Shown here: piece after piece, positions 1-11,900 of the stretch
Layout of the letters: the number at the start of each line of letters is the position of its first letter
How positions within the stretch are numbered: position 1 is the stretch's first letter
The notes under the pieces: model-generated
Seen by the model: the letters and a program-made list of their open reading frames with translations, nothing else
Told to the model about the DNA's origin: nothing
Database searches by the model: none
Source of the DNA: Hydrolagus colliei
Lineage: Eukaryota
NCBI GenBank assembly: GCA_035084275.1
Contig: CM068757.1
Coordinates: 9,734,001 to 9,798,000, forward strand
Length of the DNA: 64,000 bases
Direction: 5' to 3'
Translations under genes and position numbers: made by a program

Positions 1-496
1 CAGATATGGGGCAGATCAGATCTCTGCAGCTGGGAAGCTCTCCCTACCACTAACTCAGACTCACCCATAATATCTGCCATCCGGCTACCTCCCTCTTCCC
101 CTTCTCTCTTATTCAGGGTTGTACCCCATCCCTGAAAGCACTTTGGAGGTATTTACCTGTGTGAAGGACACATTAATCATGTTAATTTGTTGTTGTTCAA
201 TTTTGAGTATATTAATATTGTTTTCTCAATATTAATCCTTTCTGAATAACTTTCTCGCAAATTGTTTCCATTTCAGAGCCAACAACAGCAGCTGGTTCAG
301 AAGGGCAGTGACTGAACACTACCAGTAGATCAACAACAGGGTAACTAGCTATGTCACTTGCTGTCTTCCAGCTCTCTCCAGTCACTTTGTTAATTAAAAT
401 AAACTTTATTGATAAAATTAAGAGCTATGATGATGTGTTTGGGGATTAGAATGTGTTGTTTGGGTGATTAATATTTAGGAAATTCCTTTGCTTTAG

Positions 497-588
497 ATGG
501 TGCAAATAATCGGTCTCCCAGGTCCCAGACACGTGGTATCCCAGGAAAGCATGATGGCCAGTCTAACCTCTCGTCACACAAATACTAA
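497..588 (+). CDS. Terminal coding exon of an upstream paralog (gene 0), (D)GANNRSPRSQTRGIPGKHDGQSNLSSHKY*
   Basis: Acceptor ctttag|AT at 496/497 is homologous to the last-exon acceptors of gene 1 (16622/3) and gene 2 (31441/2). Downstream 590-1000 resembles 16730-17150 (ttcgattctgacaaccac...; cccatagactg.gattgtgaagtgggcacagtgctgtccagg). Open in phase 1 to TAA. Confidence 0.6.
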
Positions 589-1184
589 GTGTTCACTACA
601 GCCACTGTCATCATCTCAGCTTTCGATTCTGACAACCACAATGTGAATATTGATCAGCTTTGTCAGTCGCTGAACAGCGATTAGTAATGTGTCAATTTTT
701 CAGAAATATAAAGAATCTCTGAAATGGTAATTTGTTAAGACCTAAGGCTTAAAGTGGCGATGCTCTGCTTGTATCTCTTGATTAAGACGCTCGCATATTA
801 ATTTTGTTTTTGACTAAGGTGTTTCGGTTGGATGTTTCCCAGATTCCCGCTCTGAGTCAGTCAAATGATTCCCAAACCATAATACCCATCACAGTCTATA
901 AACCCATAGACTGTGATTGTGAAGTGGGCACAGTGCTGTCCAGGTACATGCTGCTGGGTTGTCGGTGGATTTGGCTTTGTGACTGTGGCTTCCTTTCAAT
1001 CCTGAGCATAAATTGGATCAACTTCCACATATATGCTTGGGACGTCCTCCTGATGAGAAAGGCACTCTATAAATGTAATTGTGTTGTTGTTGTTTTGTTG
1101 TGACTGCACTGCACTCTCCTGGTTTGTGTCCTACATAACTAACAGCCATCACTTGTCTCTGCAACTTATTTTTCCTATTGTCAC

Positions 1185-1290
1185 CTGTGACGTACACCAA
1201 GGTTTCATCTTTGGTCCCCTACTTTTCTTTGTATATATGCTCTGCAGAGATTGGATCAACTTCCACATGTATGTTACTTCTCCTCCAGTA
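1185..1290 (+). mobile_element. Short degenerate L2-type LINE RT fragment
   Basis: Translates DVHQGFIFGPLLFFVYML...INFHMYV, matching the RT motifs VPQGSxLGPLLF and FHMYADD. Confidence 0.6.
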
Positions 1291-2725
1291 TTAAACCCTC
1301 TTTGTACTTGTGCAGATGGCAAGAAGTTGGCTACAATGCTGTATTTTACTGTCATCTTGACTGGTGTTTTATTATTATGTATTATTATTGTATTATTATG
1401 TAGTACTATTACGTAAATATATAATTTTAAGCCAATTTTTGGTGTGGAAGCTGCACTTCTTTATCCAAGTCTCTTGTTCACCAATGTGGTCAAGAAGCAG
1501 TGAGTGGGAGAAGGAATGTTTTATGATAGTTTTTGTGCTATAAACCAGTGGTGGTGTTGCAGCTTGTGAGTTGAAGAAAATGTAAAGTAAGTAGGTATAA
1601 AGATATCTGTCGTAGCTGCTGCACTTCATGCAGGACAGTCGAAAGATAAAGAAACAAGAATACTCCCAAGAAGAAGAAAGAAACACAAGTTTTGCTGTGG
1701 TAAAATACCTTTCTGTATCTCACACATTGCTGTATACCGTATAAACTTTTCTTAAAAGGTTTTCTGTGAGCTTGATTATCTCCGTGTCCATAAACATAAC
1801 AAGACTTAATGTCAAAACAGGTCAATCGTTTCAATTCAATGAAACATAAATAAATGAAACTAAGGGAAGCAGCAGTGGGAGTTGCAGAAATGAAGAGGGT
1901 AGGAATCATATTCTGCTTGTCAAACAGTGAAGCTTTTGGGTCGTGGGAGGTCAGTCTGATGTCCAACACATATTGAAACCCACCACCAGGCTTAGGAGTA
2001 ACTGTGATTTCTATACATTCTATCTGTATGGAAATCCCAGAGATAGATTGTTGGAACGCCATGCACACTGTCTCCCTGGAGGGATGCATTCTGCTCAACT
2101 AATTCTGGAAAGTATGAGGCGCAGATGGGGAAGAGCCATTCTATGGGGAACATGCGTTGGGGTAACTGCTGGAGTTTAACCAGCTAAAGCCAGCATAGCT
2201 TGCCATTGATATTGCTGCCTGGCAAGCTTTCTCACAACATATCCAGCTAGGACCACCATACCAGATAATAGCCAAGCCTTTACATACCCCAGAGTGGACA
2301 CACAAAAGGCAAAAATATTAATAATAAATTGGTCACTAAATCCCTGACTGTTTGTGGGACATTGTTTGTGTGCAATCGGCTGTCACGTTTTGCCCACAAT
2401 ATATATAATCAATATATATATATGTAAATGTGAGATGCCTTGAAGACATAATCGGTTAGTATATCAAATTCAACGATTATTATGACATATTGTATGGAAT
2501 GTAACTATCCCCAAAACCAGGCCGGGCATCTCTCTGAGCCACTGGTGATCTTCAGACAGTTTGTTGGATGGGGAGGGACCTGCACCTGCGCCTGTCTGGG
2601 TTGGGCACTGATCAAGGAGCCTCTTTAAGGAAGGAATGTCACTGATTGTGTGAGTCTCCGGACAAGCGATGCCTGGATCTGTGTTCGCAGCTGTGAATAC
2701 AATGATAGCGTTAAACACCATCCCT

Positions 2726-2734
2726 TTCTGAGAA
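2726..2734 (+). promoter_or_regulatory. GAS (STAT) element of gene 1
   Basis: TTCTGAGAA (TTCN3GAA) within TTTCTGAGAAA, 10 bp upstream of the ISRE; equivalent site kept in gene 2. Confidence 0.65.
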
Positions 2735-2744
2735 ATCATACACG

Positions 2745-2758
2745 AGTGAAAGTGAAAG
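2745..2758 (+). promoter_or_regulatory. ISRE/IRF-E of gene 1
   Basis: AGTGAAAGTGAAAG (GAAANNGAAA core) ~60 bp upstream of ATG; the same 14-mer precedes all four leader exons. Confidence 0.8.
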
Positions 2759-2819
2759 CACAGCCCCAGTCAGTGCGGCTGGAAGCTGGAGAGAGAGAGA
2801 GAGACACAGAGAGACAGAC

Positions 2820-2919
2820 ATGTTGAGGGGGACAAACTCGGCTATAATGTCCTCACCCGGTGGACCTGCCAGGGCGCTGACCCTCGTCCTGATCCTCGGG
2901 GCTTGGATTGCAGGATCAG
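2820..2919 (+). CDS. Gene 1 exon 1, signal peptide
   Basis: [33 protein letters not shown], hydrophobic core, donor CAG|GTACAG, phase 1. Confidence 0.8.
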
Positions 2920-5900
2920 GTACAGAAAATGCGCAAACGTTAGACTGATTTGCTGTCTCTCAGCGTGGGGAGGGGGAGGGGGTTAGGGGGAGTTGTGGGG
3001 GAGTCACAGCCTGAAGCGTTCTGTGTTTGGAGTTTAGCTGATAATATGAAACACTGTATGAAGAACCCAAAACGGTGTTTTGGGTTCTTTGGACTTGGAA
3101 CGATTAGATAATATTGAAGCAGAATATTATGAGTAGTAACCATACAGTGTATTTCATTAACACATTATATTCTTTCAATTCACTCACTCCTTGAACCCAT
3201 CCAATCAGGTTTCCGCCCTGTTCACAGCATGGAAACTGCCCTGGTCAAGGTCACTAATGACATCTTAACCGCCTGCGACCAGGGCTCCCTCTGCCTCCTC
3301 GTCCTCCTTGACCTGTCTGCTGCGTTCGACACAGTCGATCACACCATCCTCCTCCAACGTCTTTCCTGCCACCTCAACCTTCAAGGCACAGTCCTTGACT
3401 GGTTCCATTCCTACCTGACCCACCGCCTATACTTTGTATCTTCCAACGGTTCCTCACGGCGTCCCTCAGGGCTCTGTCCTCGGCCCCCTCCTTTTCACCA
3501 TTTATACGCTCCCTCTGGGCGATGTCATCCGCAAACACGGGGTAAATTTCCACATGTATGTGGACGACAACCAGCTGTAACTTTCTGCCTCATCCCTCAA
3601 CCCCCAGACCATCGTTGTTCTGACAGCATGTCTGTCCGACATCGAGTCCTGGACTCCGGTGTGGGAGAGAATACAAGCTGCAGGTTGTGAATGAATGGCT
3701 GCTTGAGGAGGGAAGAGTTGGGAAGCCGATGAGCAGGAATTTGGGGTTGTCCAATCTAAATGTAAATAAATGCATGGATGAGGAACTCAGTGGGTGGGGT
3801 GGGGGGAGTCAGGTGATTAGTACATGGAGGTAGGGTGCCATCGAGGGTGGAGGCAGAGAGATGGAGTTGGGTGTCATCTGCATACATTTGGAAGCTAACC
3901 CCGTGTAGATAACATCGTGGTGGGGTATGAGCAGCTTGGAGAGGTGGGGAGGGTCCAGGGCGGGAAGTAATTTGAAAGTGAGAAGGAGGATATTCTAATC
4001 AATCCATTCAGCAACAAGCAGCCAGTGAGGGCTTGCAGACACGGGAGTAATGGGGGTGCGGAGTCTCAAATACGTGAGGCACAGTCAGCAGAATTTTGAC
4101 ACAAGCCTCAACCCCTCATTCTCTGGATAACCTGTGGGGTACAATTCTATAGGCACTAGCTGTGCTCCAGTGCTCTGCCTAAATGGCCATTAATTGCAAA
4201 TGCACATGAGCATGCTGTTTAACATTCACTCCTTGGTATTGTCACCAAACCCTCGGGTAGGACTAGATTTTCTTGTTTCAATATTCTTGAAGCAGTAGCT
4301 CATCCCAACCTATGAATTTTAACCTGCTTCTAATCTCAGATAATCAAACCTGCTATTCTGGTGTTTAAAATGCTCAGTTGTCATCAATGTTTTGGAATGC
4401 CTCTTGTTTTTACACAGATGCTTTGGCGATGACAATATTTAAAGACCCATTGGAGGTCTTATTGAATGAAGATGTTGTCCTTCAATGTAACGTAACCCTC
4501 AAGACTCCGGAGGAGCCCAGCCTTGAAATAATTGCAGTTCGGTGGTTTTTGGGGTTGAAGGAAGTGTATGCATACAATGGAGGGATATTTAAAGCTATCA
4601 GAAACGGATCAAAGATAATAGTAGAAAATCTGCAAAGGGGAGATGCCTCACTACATCTTCCTAAGGTTCAGATATCTGAAGCAGGAGTGTACAAGTGTAT
4701 GGTTTACTTGATGCCGACCACATCACAAGAAGAAAAGAGTTCAACCTTAATCGTGTCAGGTAAGCACAGTAATCTTGCCATGTATGTGTGTGTTGTGTGT
4801 GTTGTGTTGCGGCTTGTAATGCTGTATTCAACAGATCACAAGATAAGTTGAGATGATTCGCCCACAAATATACAGTCAATTCACTTTACAGTATATTCTG
4901 TGAAGCGCTTTGGGACATCGATAAGATGTGAAAAGCGCTGTATCAAATACAATAATTATTATTCTTATGAAGATGGCTGTTCAGACCATCTGAGCTCAAG
5001 CAACCAGGAAACCCATCGTCACATCACTGCATCAAACTATTCCAGTGTGCTATCTTCAACCACCCTTCTGTAAGGGTCTGGTGCAATAGTCAGCAATGAA
5101 CAGCACACATTAAAAATTAAATAACACAAGTTTATTGCTTGGTAATAAGGGAAGTAAATTAAATAAGGACACAGACAAAATGCATCAAGATAAACAAACT
5201 TATTCTCTAAAATTAGTAACTAACTCATCTATTCCGCATACACGTACTGCTCCCACCCCGCAGTGTATGGATGCGTGAGTGTGTGAATATACTACTGGGT
5301 TCTGGGTGTCTGTCAATAATAATAATCCTTAAGTTTATATAACACTTTCCACGACTAATTGTTGCCTCAAAGCGCTTCACAGAATACACAACGTCCTAAG
5401 TTGGGACAGGAGCAGTGGGGGAAGGTTCGTGGTTGGGGGAAGGAAAGTAGGAAAATTAACCGCATTGACCGTTTGTGGGTGAAACGCGGCAGCCAAATTG
5501 CGCACAGCGGTGTCCCACAAACAGTCGTGGAAATGGAGCCAGGGGAGAAAGGGGGAAAAGAGGATAAGAGGGAGAGGGAGGCGAAGGTGGGGAACAGTCA
5601 GATAGGAAAAGGGGAGAGAAAGGTGGCAAGGGAGAGAGGGAGGGCAAGGTGGGTGGGGGGCAAAATCAGAGAGAAAGGGGGGCAAGAGGAAGAGGGAGAG
5701 AAGGGGTAAAGGGGGGAGAGAAAGTGGGGAAAGGGAGCAAGGGAAGAAGAAGGGGGGGGGTAGGCCGGGGCAGGGGGGATTAAACAACAACAATAAACAA
5801 CAAAATCAACAACAATAAACAACAAAAGCAATAATAGTAATAACAAAAATAATAACCATCAAAAATAGTCCAGAAGCACCACCTCAAGGTCCAGTTTCCC

Positions 5901-8900
5901 TCTGCTTGTAGATTTCCTTGACTCTTTGCTCTGCCCTGCTTGCCTTTTACTCAACTTCTGTATGTCTCTCTCTCTTGCCAAGCTGTGTTTTAGTTTTGTT
6001 GATTGGGCTGATATTCTGCTTGACAGTCAATCAAGGCTTCTCTCTTTCTCTGTCTCTCTCACTTTTGCCAGTTAACCCTTCACTGCTATTATCCAGGCTG
6101 CAGTACCTGGACAATAACAATTGTCCTGGCTGATCACACAACAGCTGGACTCTCTCAGCAGCTAGTCTGACATTTGGTGTTGGCTGACCACAAACAACCA
6201 GACCTCCCCTCTTCTGACTGTTGGCTCACTGCTCCACTGTGCACTATCCTCCTGCTAGCCTGACCTCTCACTCTCCTGCTGGTTCTCTTTCGTTCTTTTG
6301 ATTGTTGAAATGATTGTTGGTTCTTGGTTGATTGTTGAAATGATTGTGCCTTTACCCCTCAAACCTTCCTATCTTTGAACCGTTTTTGCAGCATCAGGAC
6401 AATAACCAGATTTCTCCTGTTAGTACTGGCCATGCACCCACAAGAATCTGTTTATTGATCTTTGTCCAAATCATTCTCAAACTCATTCAGTTTTAAAAAG
6501 AATGTGTATTCTTAATCATTGTCCCTTAGTACTCCATAAACCCTTGCACCTGACTAGGTCAGTTCAATCCACAACTGTTTGTGGGATACAGAGGGTTGGT
6601 GGATCGCTACTCGGGGCATTAATCCCATTACAAAAAATTCTAATAATAATTTAGTGCTGAACACGTCTTATCAATGTCTCAAAGCTCTTCATAGAATATA
6701 TTGTAAAGTGAATTGACTGTATATTTGTGGGCAAAATGCGGCAGCCAATTGCGCACAGCAGCGTCCCACAAACAGTCGTGGATTGAAATAACCAATTTTT
6801 ATTATTTTTTGATTGGTAATTTTGTCATTGGATTTGAGTTTCTACCTTGGCTTCTTTTACTAATTTCAACTTTAAACCTTTAACCTCTTGTTCTACCATC
6901 TTGGTGCATCATGTTTTACACATTTATGCACCATCTGAGAAATCTTCTCTCAAGACTGATGAGCCCTATCTCATTTTGGCTAAAAGTCCCATTTAATAAA
7001 CAACCCATCAGTCAGAGTGATTGTTATTAACCCCTCTGCTTAAGCAACCATTGATGCCATCTAAAATGGGTCAGATGAACTGGTAACCATGCATTGGTCT
7101 CCAACACACCTGTCCATTTCTATCTCGGTGAGATGCTTCATTTGGGGAAACATAGTTACCTCATTCTTCTGTTGACCTATAGTGATGTAAATTGTTTCGT
7201 TAACTTGCCAAGATTAGATGTATGTAGCTCACTGGTGTTAGTTCATAAATCTTGGGGTTGAAATTCAAATTAGTCTTAATTCATATGGTATTGTTGTTGT
7301 TGTTTGTTGTTGTTGTTGTGATGTTGTAAAATCTAAGTGTTGTGCAAAATTGTTGCATTGAATTAGAAAGCCATTACTTCTAAGAAATGGGAATCATTGA
7401 TTTTTTAAGGAATTTTTCTTAATTTTGTGCAATTCAAAGTTCCAGGGTAGACAAGGTGGAATTTCTGTCTGCCTGTTGCTGTGTCTGAAGTAAATACAAG
7501 TTGTATTATTATTGTCACTGGTGTGTATGTTGTGAGTAGCAAATAAAAGTGCTGCTTGAAAGACAATACTATATTCATGTAAAGAAATTTGATAACCTCT
7601 ACAGCTCAGCCAAACGTCACCTTGTCTCCACGTCACATCAATGTAATCAATGGTTCAGTAGAAGACTTGATGTGTGATGTCCATGAATTTTACCCTGAGA
7701 TGCACAAGATCAGCTGGGTCAAGGTATCGCATGGTGCGGAGATGCAAATTACAACAGGTATCTTGACACGAGATGTAGTTACCAACAAGGACAGCACGTT
7801 CAGTGTTTCCAGCAAGTTGACAATCAGACCAACCGTGGACGACAATGGTAATCAGTACAGGTGTGTGGTGCAGCACAGAACATTCAGTGATACTCTTACA
7901 CTGGAGACAGAGCTGACTGTGGTAATTGAGAATCCACAGGAACCTGCAGGATATGGACCTGGAGCTGTTATTGGAGGTGTAATCGGTGTTGTCCTGATGG
8001 TGATTGTGGTCTTTGTTTTAGCGGCACTTTACTTTTGGAAGAAAACGAAGCAAGGTAAGGATCTTCACAGCCCTAAACAACAACGGCAGACGTGGGGGTG
8101 ATTTATTATACACTAAATGTTCTTGTGCACATTTTCTATTAATAGAGAACAGTCAGCTGACACTTGATCAACTGAAATAGATATTATCCTAATGACAGGA
8201 AAAAGTTTGTGTCAAGGCCTCTGCTCTCTGGGACATTTACCCGAATCTTTTCTAAAGACTTACCTGCTTGATCGTGCTTTTGGTCACTAGCAGCATTCCC
8301 TGCTTCCTCTTGCCACCTCACTCAGTGATCCACACTGTAAAGTACTTGTAAAGTACTTTGAGATGACATCAAAAGATACTGCATGAGGGCAAATTGTTGT
8401 TATAACTGTGGTGATCATTACCCAGGTTTCTTGAGAGAATTAGAATATTTGATGCTACTTTTTGTATGTTCCACAGCTCCTCCCAAGATCAATGAAATCA
8501 GCAAACCCACTCGCTTTATACATGGGCAGCGTGTCGATCTGAGTTGGGAAGTGACTGGTTTCAAACCAAAAGAGATAGAGATCATGATATTACTGACGAG
8601 GAAAGGAAAACAGCCACTGGAGCTATTTGTCTGGAAATTCACAAAGAATAAAAATGAACCAGGTCAGGTTGAAGAAGGTTTTCATCTCCTGAAAACAAAA
8701 AATGGATCTGACGGGGATAATTCGTTCTCTGCTGACACCCCACAATGTGATCCGCTCAAAAAAGGGACCTTCGGGGTAAAGTGTCCCATAAGGTTCTGTC
8801 CTGATGTATCTGAGGACGATGGAGCTCAAATAACAATGCAAGTTCATCACAAGGCTCTGAAACAGCCTCTCAAAAAATCTGTAACTTTAGATGTTGAAGG

Positions 8901-11900
8901 TAAGATTTGCATTGTGCACCTCCCTACCTCCACCGAACCACACCCAAACAATGGCAAGAACTAAAAACATGGAAATCTGGGGTATTGATCCTTTCTAATA
9001 ACAAAAAACTAATAATTTGGTCAATCAATCCAGAATTACAGTGTGAAATTGGCTGCCGGGTTACGCCCATAAAATATGCAGTCAATACACTTTACAGTGT
9101 ATTCTGTTGAGTGCTTTGAGAAGTCTCAACAGTGGGATAAGGCGCGATATCAAACACAATAATTATTATTATAATTAGAGGAAACAAGGTTATTCACCCC
9201 ATCGAGCCTATACTGGTGGTCACTCATCCACTGGAGCTATCTCCCCGTATCCCAATTCTCTACTCTTCCCCCTTACCCAATGATGAGCTGCTTCAAAACC
9301 ACTGCAACATTGTTACTATGTGAGCTCCAAGAGTTACCTTATGCCCAGTAACCCTGTGTGGTCAGTTGACGGATTGACTCAGTTGGTGATGCTCTCTTCT
9401 ATGGGACAGAAGGTCATCAGTATTTCAATTGGCATCTGAAAACCTGCCCTTCACCTCTGGCTATATAGAAGCTACCATAATCTCTGTCACTCTTACTGTG
9501 TGTCACTCTCTCTTTCTTTCCCTCTCAGCTTCAGAGAGAGAAGAGAATAGATTGAGACGGGAAACAAAAGGGGAGAAAGAGAGAGAGAGAGACAGGGAGG
9601 GAGAAAGAAGAACACATAAAAACACAGACAGTTTGTGTTCATACAACTTTTATATTAACATGGAAGTTCTCAGACAATAATAGCCTTGCACATGACATAT
9701 CACCTGATCATGCCTTTGAGACTTCACAGAATAAACTGTAAACAGAGGAATGTGGAGTAAGGAAACTTGCACAATATTTCGCCTGCTGGAAATCGTACCC
9801 AGGTCTCTCGCTTATGAGCTACAGGACTCCACAGAATATACTGTAAAGCAGATTGATTGTGTAATTTGTGTGCGACGAGCAGCAGCCAATTGTGCACAGC
9901 AGTGTCGCACAAATAGTCATGGATTAAATGACCAATTTATTATTTAAAAATATTTTTGAAGCAATTATTATCCCTGAAATACAATCTGAGAATCTACTAA
10001 TAACCAGGTTCCTACATACAGATGGGTAAACAGAGGCGTGTGGATTAAGATTATTTAAGGCCCACCATTTCCAGGAATCAAACGAAACCTGAGGTTGAAG
10101 TATGAACGGAATCCAGGGGGTCAATGTGAGACCCCAGTGTGAGCCCCTAGATTGATTTTATGATTTGTAACTGGACACAGTGTGGCCAGTTGTAGAATTA
10201 CAGCATAATGTTAATAATGTTTGTGGAGTCCTGTAGCTCAGTGGTTAGAGCACTCGCCTTACAAGCGAGGGACTTGTGTTCAATTCAAGCATGGTGAAAC
10301 CTTGGGCAAGTTGCCTTGCTCCACATGCCTGATAATAATCCCTCAAAAAAAAATTGGTCATTTTAATCCACAATTATTTGTGGGGCACTGCTGTGCGCAA
10401 TTGGCTGCCACAATTCACCCACAGTTAATTCACTTTACAGTATATTATGTGCAGTGCTTTGAGATGTCTTGAAGACGTGAGAAGCGCTATATAAAACACA
10501 AGGATTATTAGTAATAACATGCTACTTGTGTTTTACAGCTCCTCCCACGATGACTGAAATCAACATACCCTCTGGTATTGTGCACGGTGTCAATGTGCCT
10601 CTGACATGGGAGGTTAATGGCTTCAACCCACGGGCCATTGTAATTGCTGTATTGGTGAAGAGGAAAGTGGATCAGGAAGCAAAGCAACTGTTTCATTGGC
10701 AGATCCCAGAGAAAGAAAAGCAGCCAATCCCACATGATATTACCCCAAGCATTGCTACACAAGTTAACTCCTTCACTGCTGAGGTGGCAACGATTGAAAA
10801 GACAGATAAAGGGACTTTCAGTGTGAAGTGCAGCATTGCCATGTGTGCTGATGTAATCAGGGATAATGATGCTGAATTCACTGTTGAAGTTAAACATCAG
10901 GCTCTGGATAATCCTCTCACTAAAGCTATAACATTATGTGTCGCAGGTAAATTCTACCTCTGTATTTTCTCTCTCTCTCTGGTGCTAATATGTGAGTTGA
11001 AGTGCAGCATGCTGCTGTGTGTGTCCCTCTATGCTGCAATAGTTATTTTTGTTTGTGACAGTGACGTTCTATCACATAGACATCTGTGCCGACAGCCACC
11101 CCCCTTCCCCTCTCTATCCAGGCTCAGTGGATGACTCTGTCACTTTAAATCGCTCAAACACATTAGCTGAAGTGAACAATGCCATATTAATGCATGTTGT
11201 TGCTGTTGTGTTTGGGGGCAGCTCTGTTGCAGGTTGATGGGGAGGTGATGGGCTCTGTGGTAACGGTCCAGCTCAACATCAGCCTGAAATCTCATCTGTT
11301 TTCTTGAGAAACTTAAACAAATCGATTTTGAGATCCTCAGACTTGCCTACAATTCACCTCTTGCTCTCACACCTCGCTACCTCTCCAATCTGCAAACACC
11401 CACTTGTCAACCCACTCCGTTCGCTTGCTCAAACCTTCTGCATCTTCCTTGACCTGTCCACGAAACTATCGGCAGCCAGGCATTCAACAACGATACCCTG
11501 AACCTCTGAAACTCCCTACCCCAAACTCCAGCTCGCCCTCCATCTCCATCAATCATTGGATCACAGCTGAAGGTTTACTCTCTGACCATGCCTACCATCA
11601 CCTCCCCTCTCTCCCCAGCTCAGTATCAAACTACAATATTGCGAAGCTCATCAAGACGTTACCCTGCATGAAAGTTGCTGTATTAAATGGAAGTTGCTAT
11701 TGTTGAAAGAGTGTGTAACTCTGTCTGAAGCCTTGCTGCAGATTCTCATTGTAAATTGTGTGTGAGGCTGTGTGGTGTGTCCTGTAACTGGATTTAATCT
11801 TTACATGATATTTGTGTTTGTGTTATAGCTCCTCCCGTAATTACTGAATGGCTGGCAACCCCTGATATGACACATGGTGCCACCTCCACTCTGAGTTGGG

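Noticed and set aside
1538-2098. 186 aa minus-strand ORF
   Set aside because: No recognisable domain, no paralog or splice support; consistent with a chance ORF in intergenic DNA.
3205-3960. Converging L2 fragments as a twin-priming inversion
   Set aside because: Both cover the same YADD region and are visibly diverged, so two independent insertions are more likely.
5359-5846. Overlapping G/E/K-rich and P/L/S-rich ORFs
   Set aside because: Produced by a purine-rich low-complexity tract plus an antisense SINE in gene 1 intron 2.
10225-10300. tRNA-like sequences (also ~9780, 15840, 29780, 32030, 37330, 56930, 58820, 61585)
   Set aside because: They are degenerate heads of tRNA-derived SINEs followed by SINE bodies, not intact tRNA genes.
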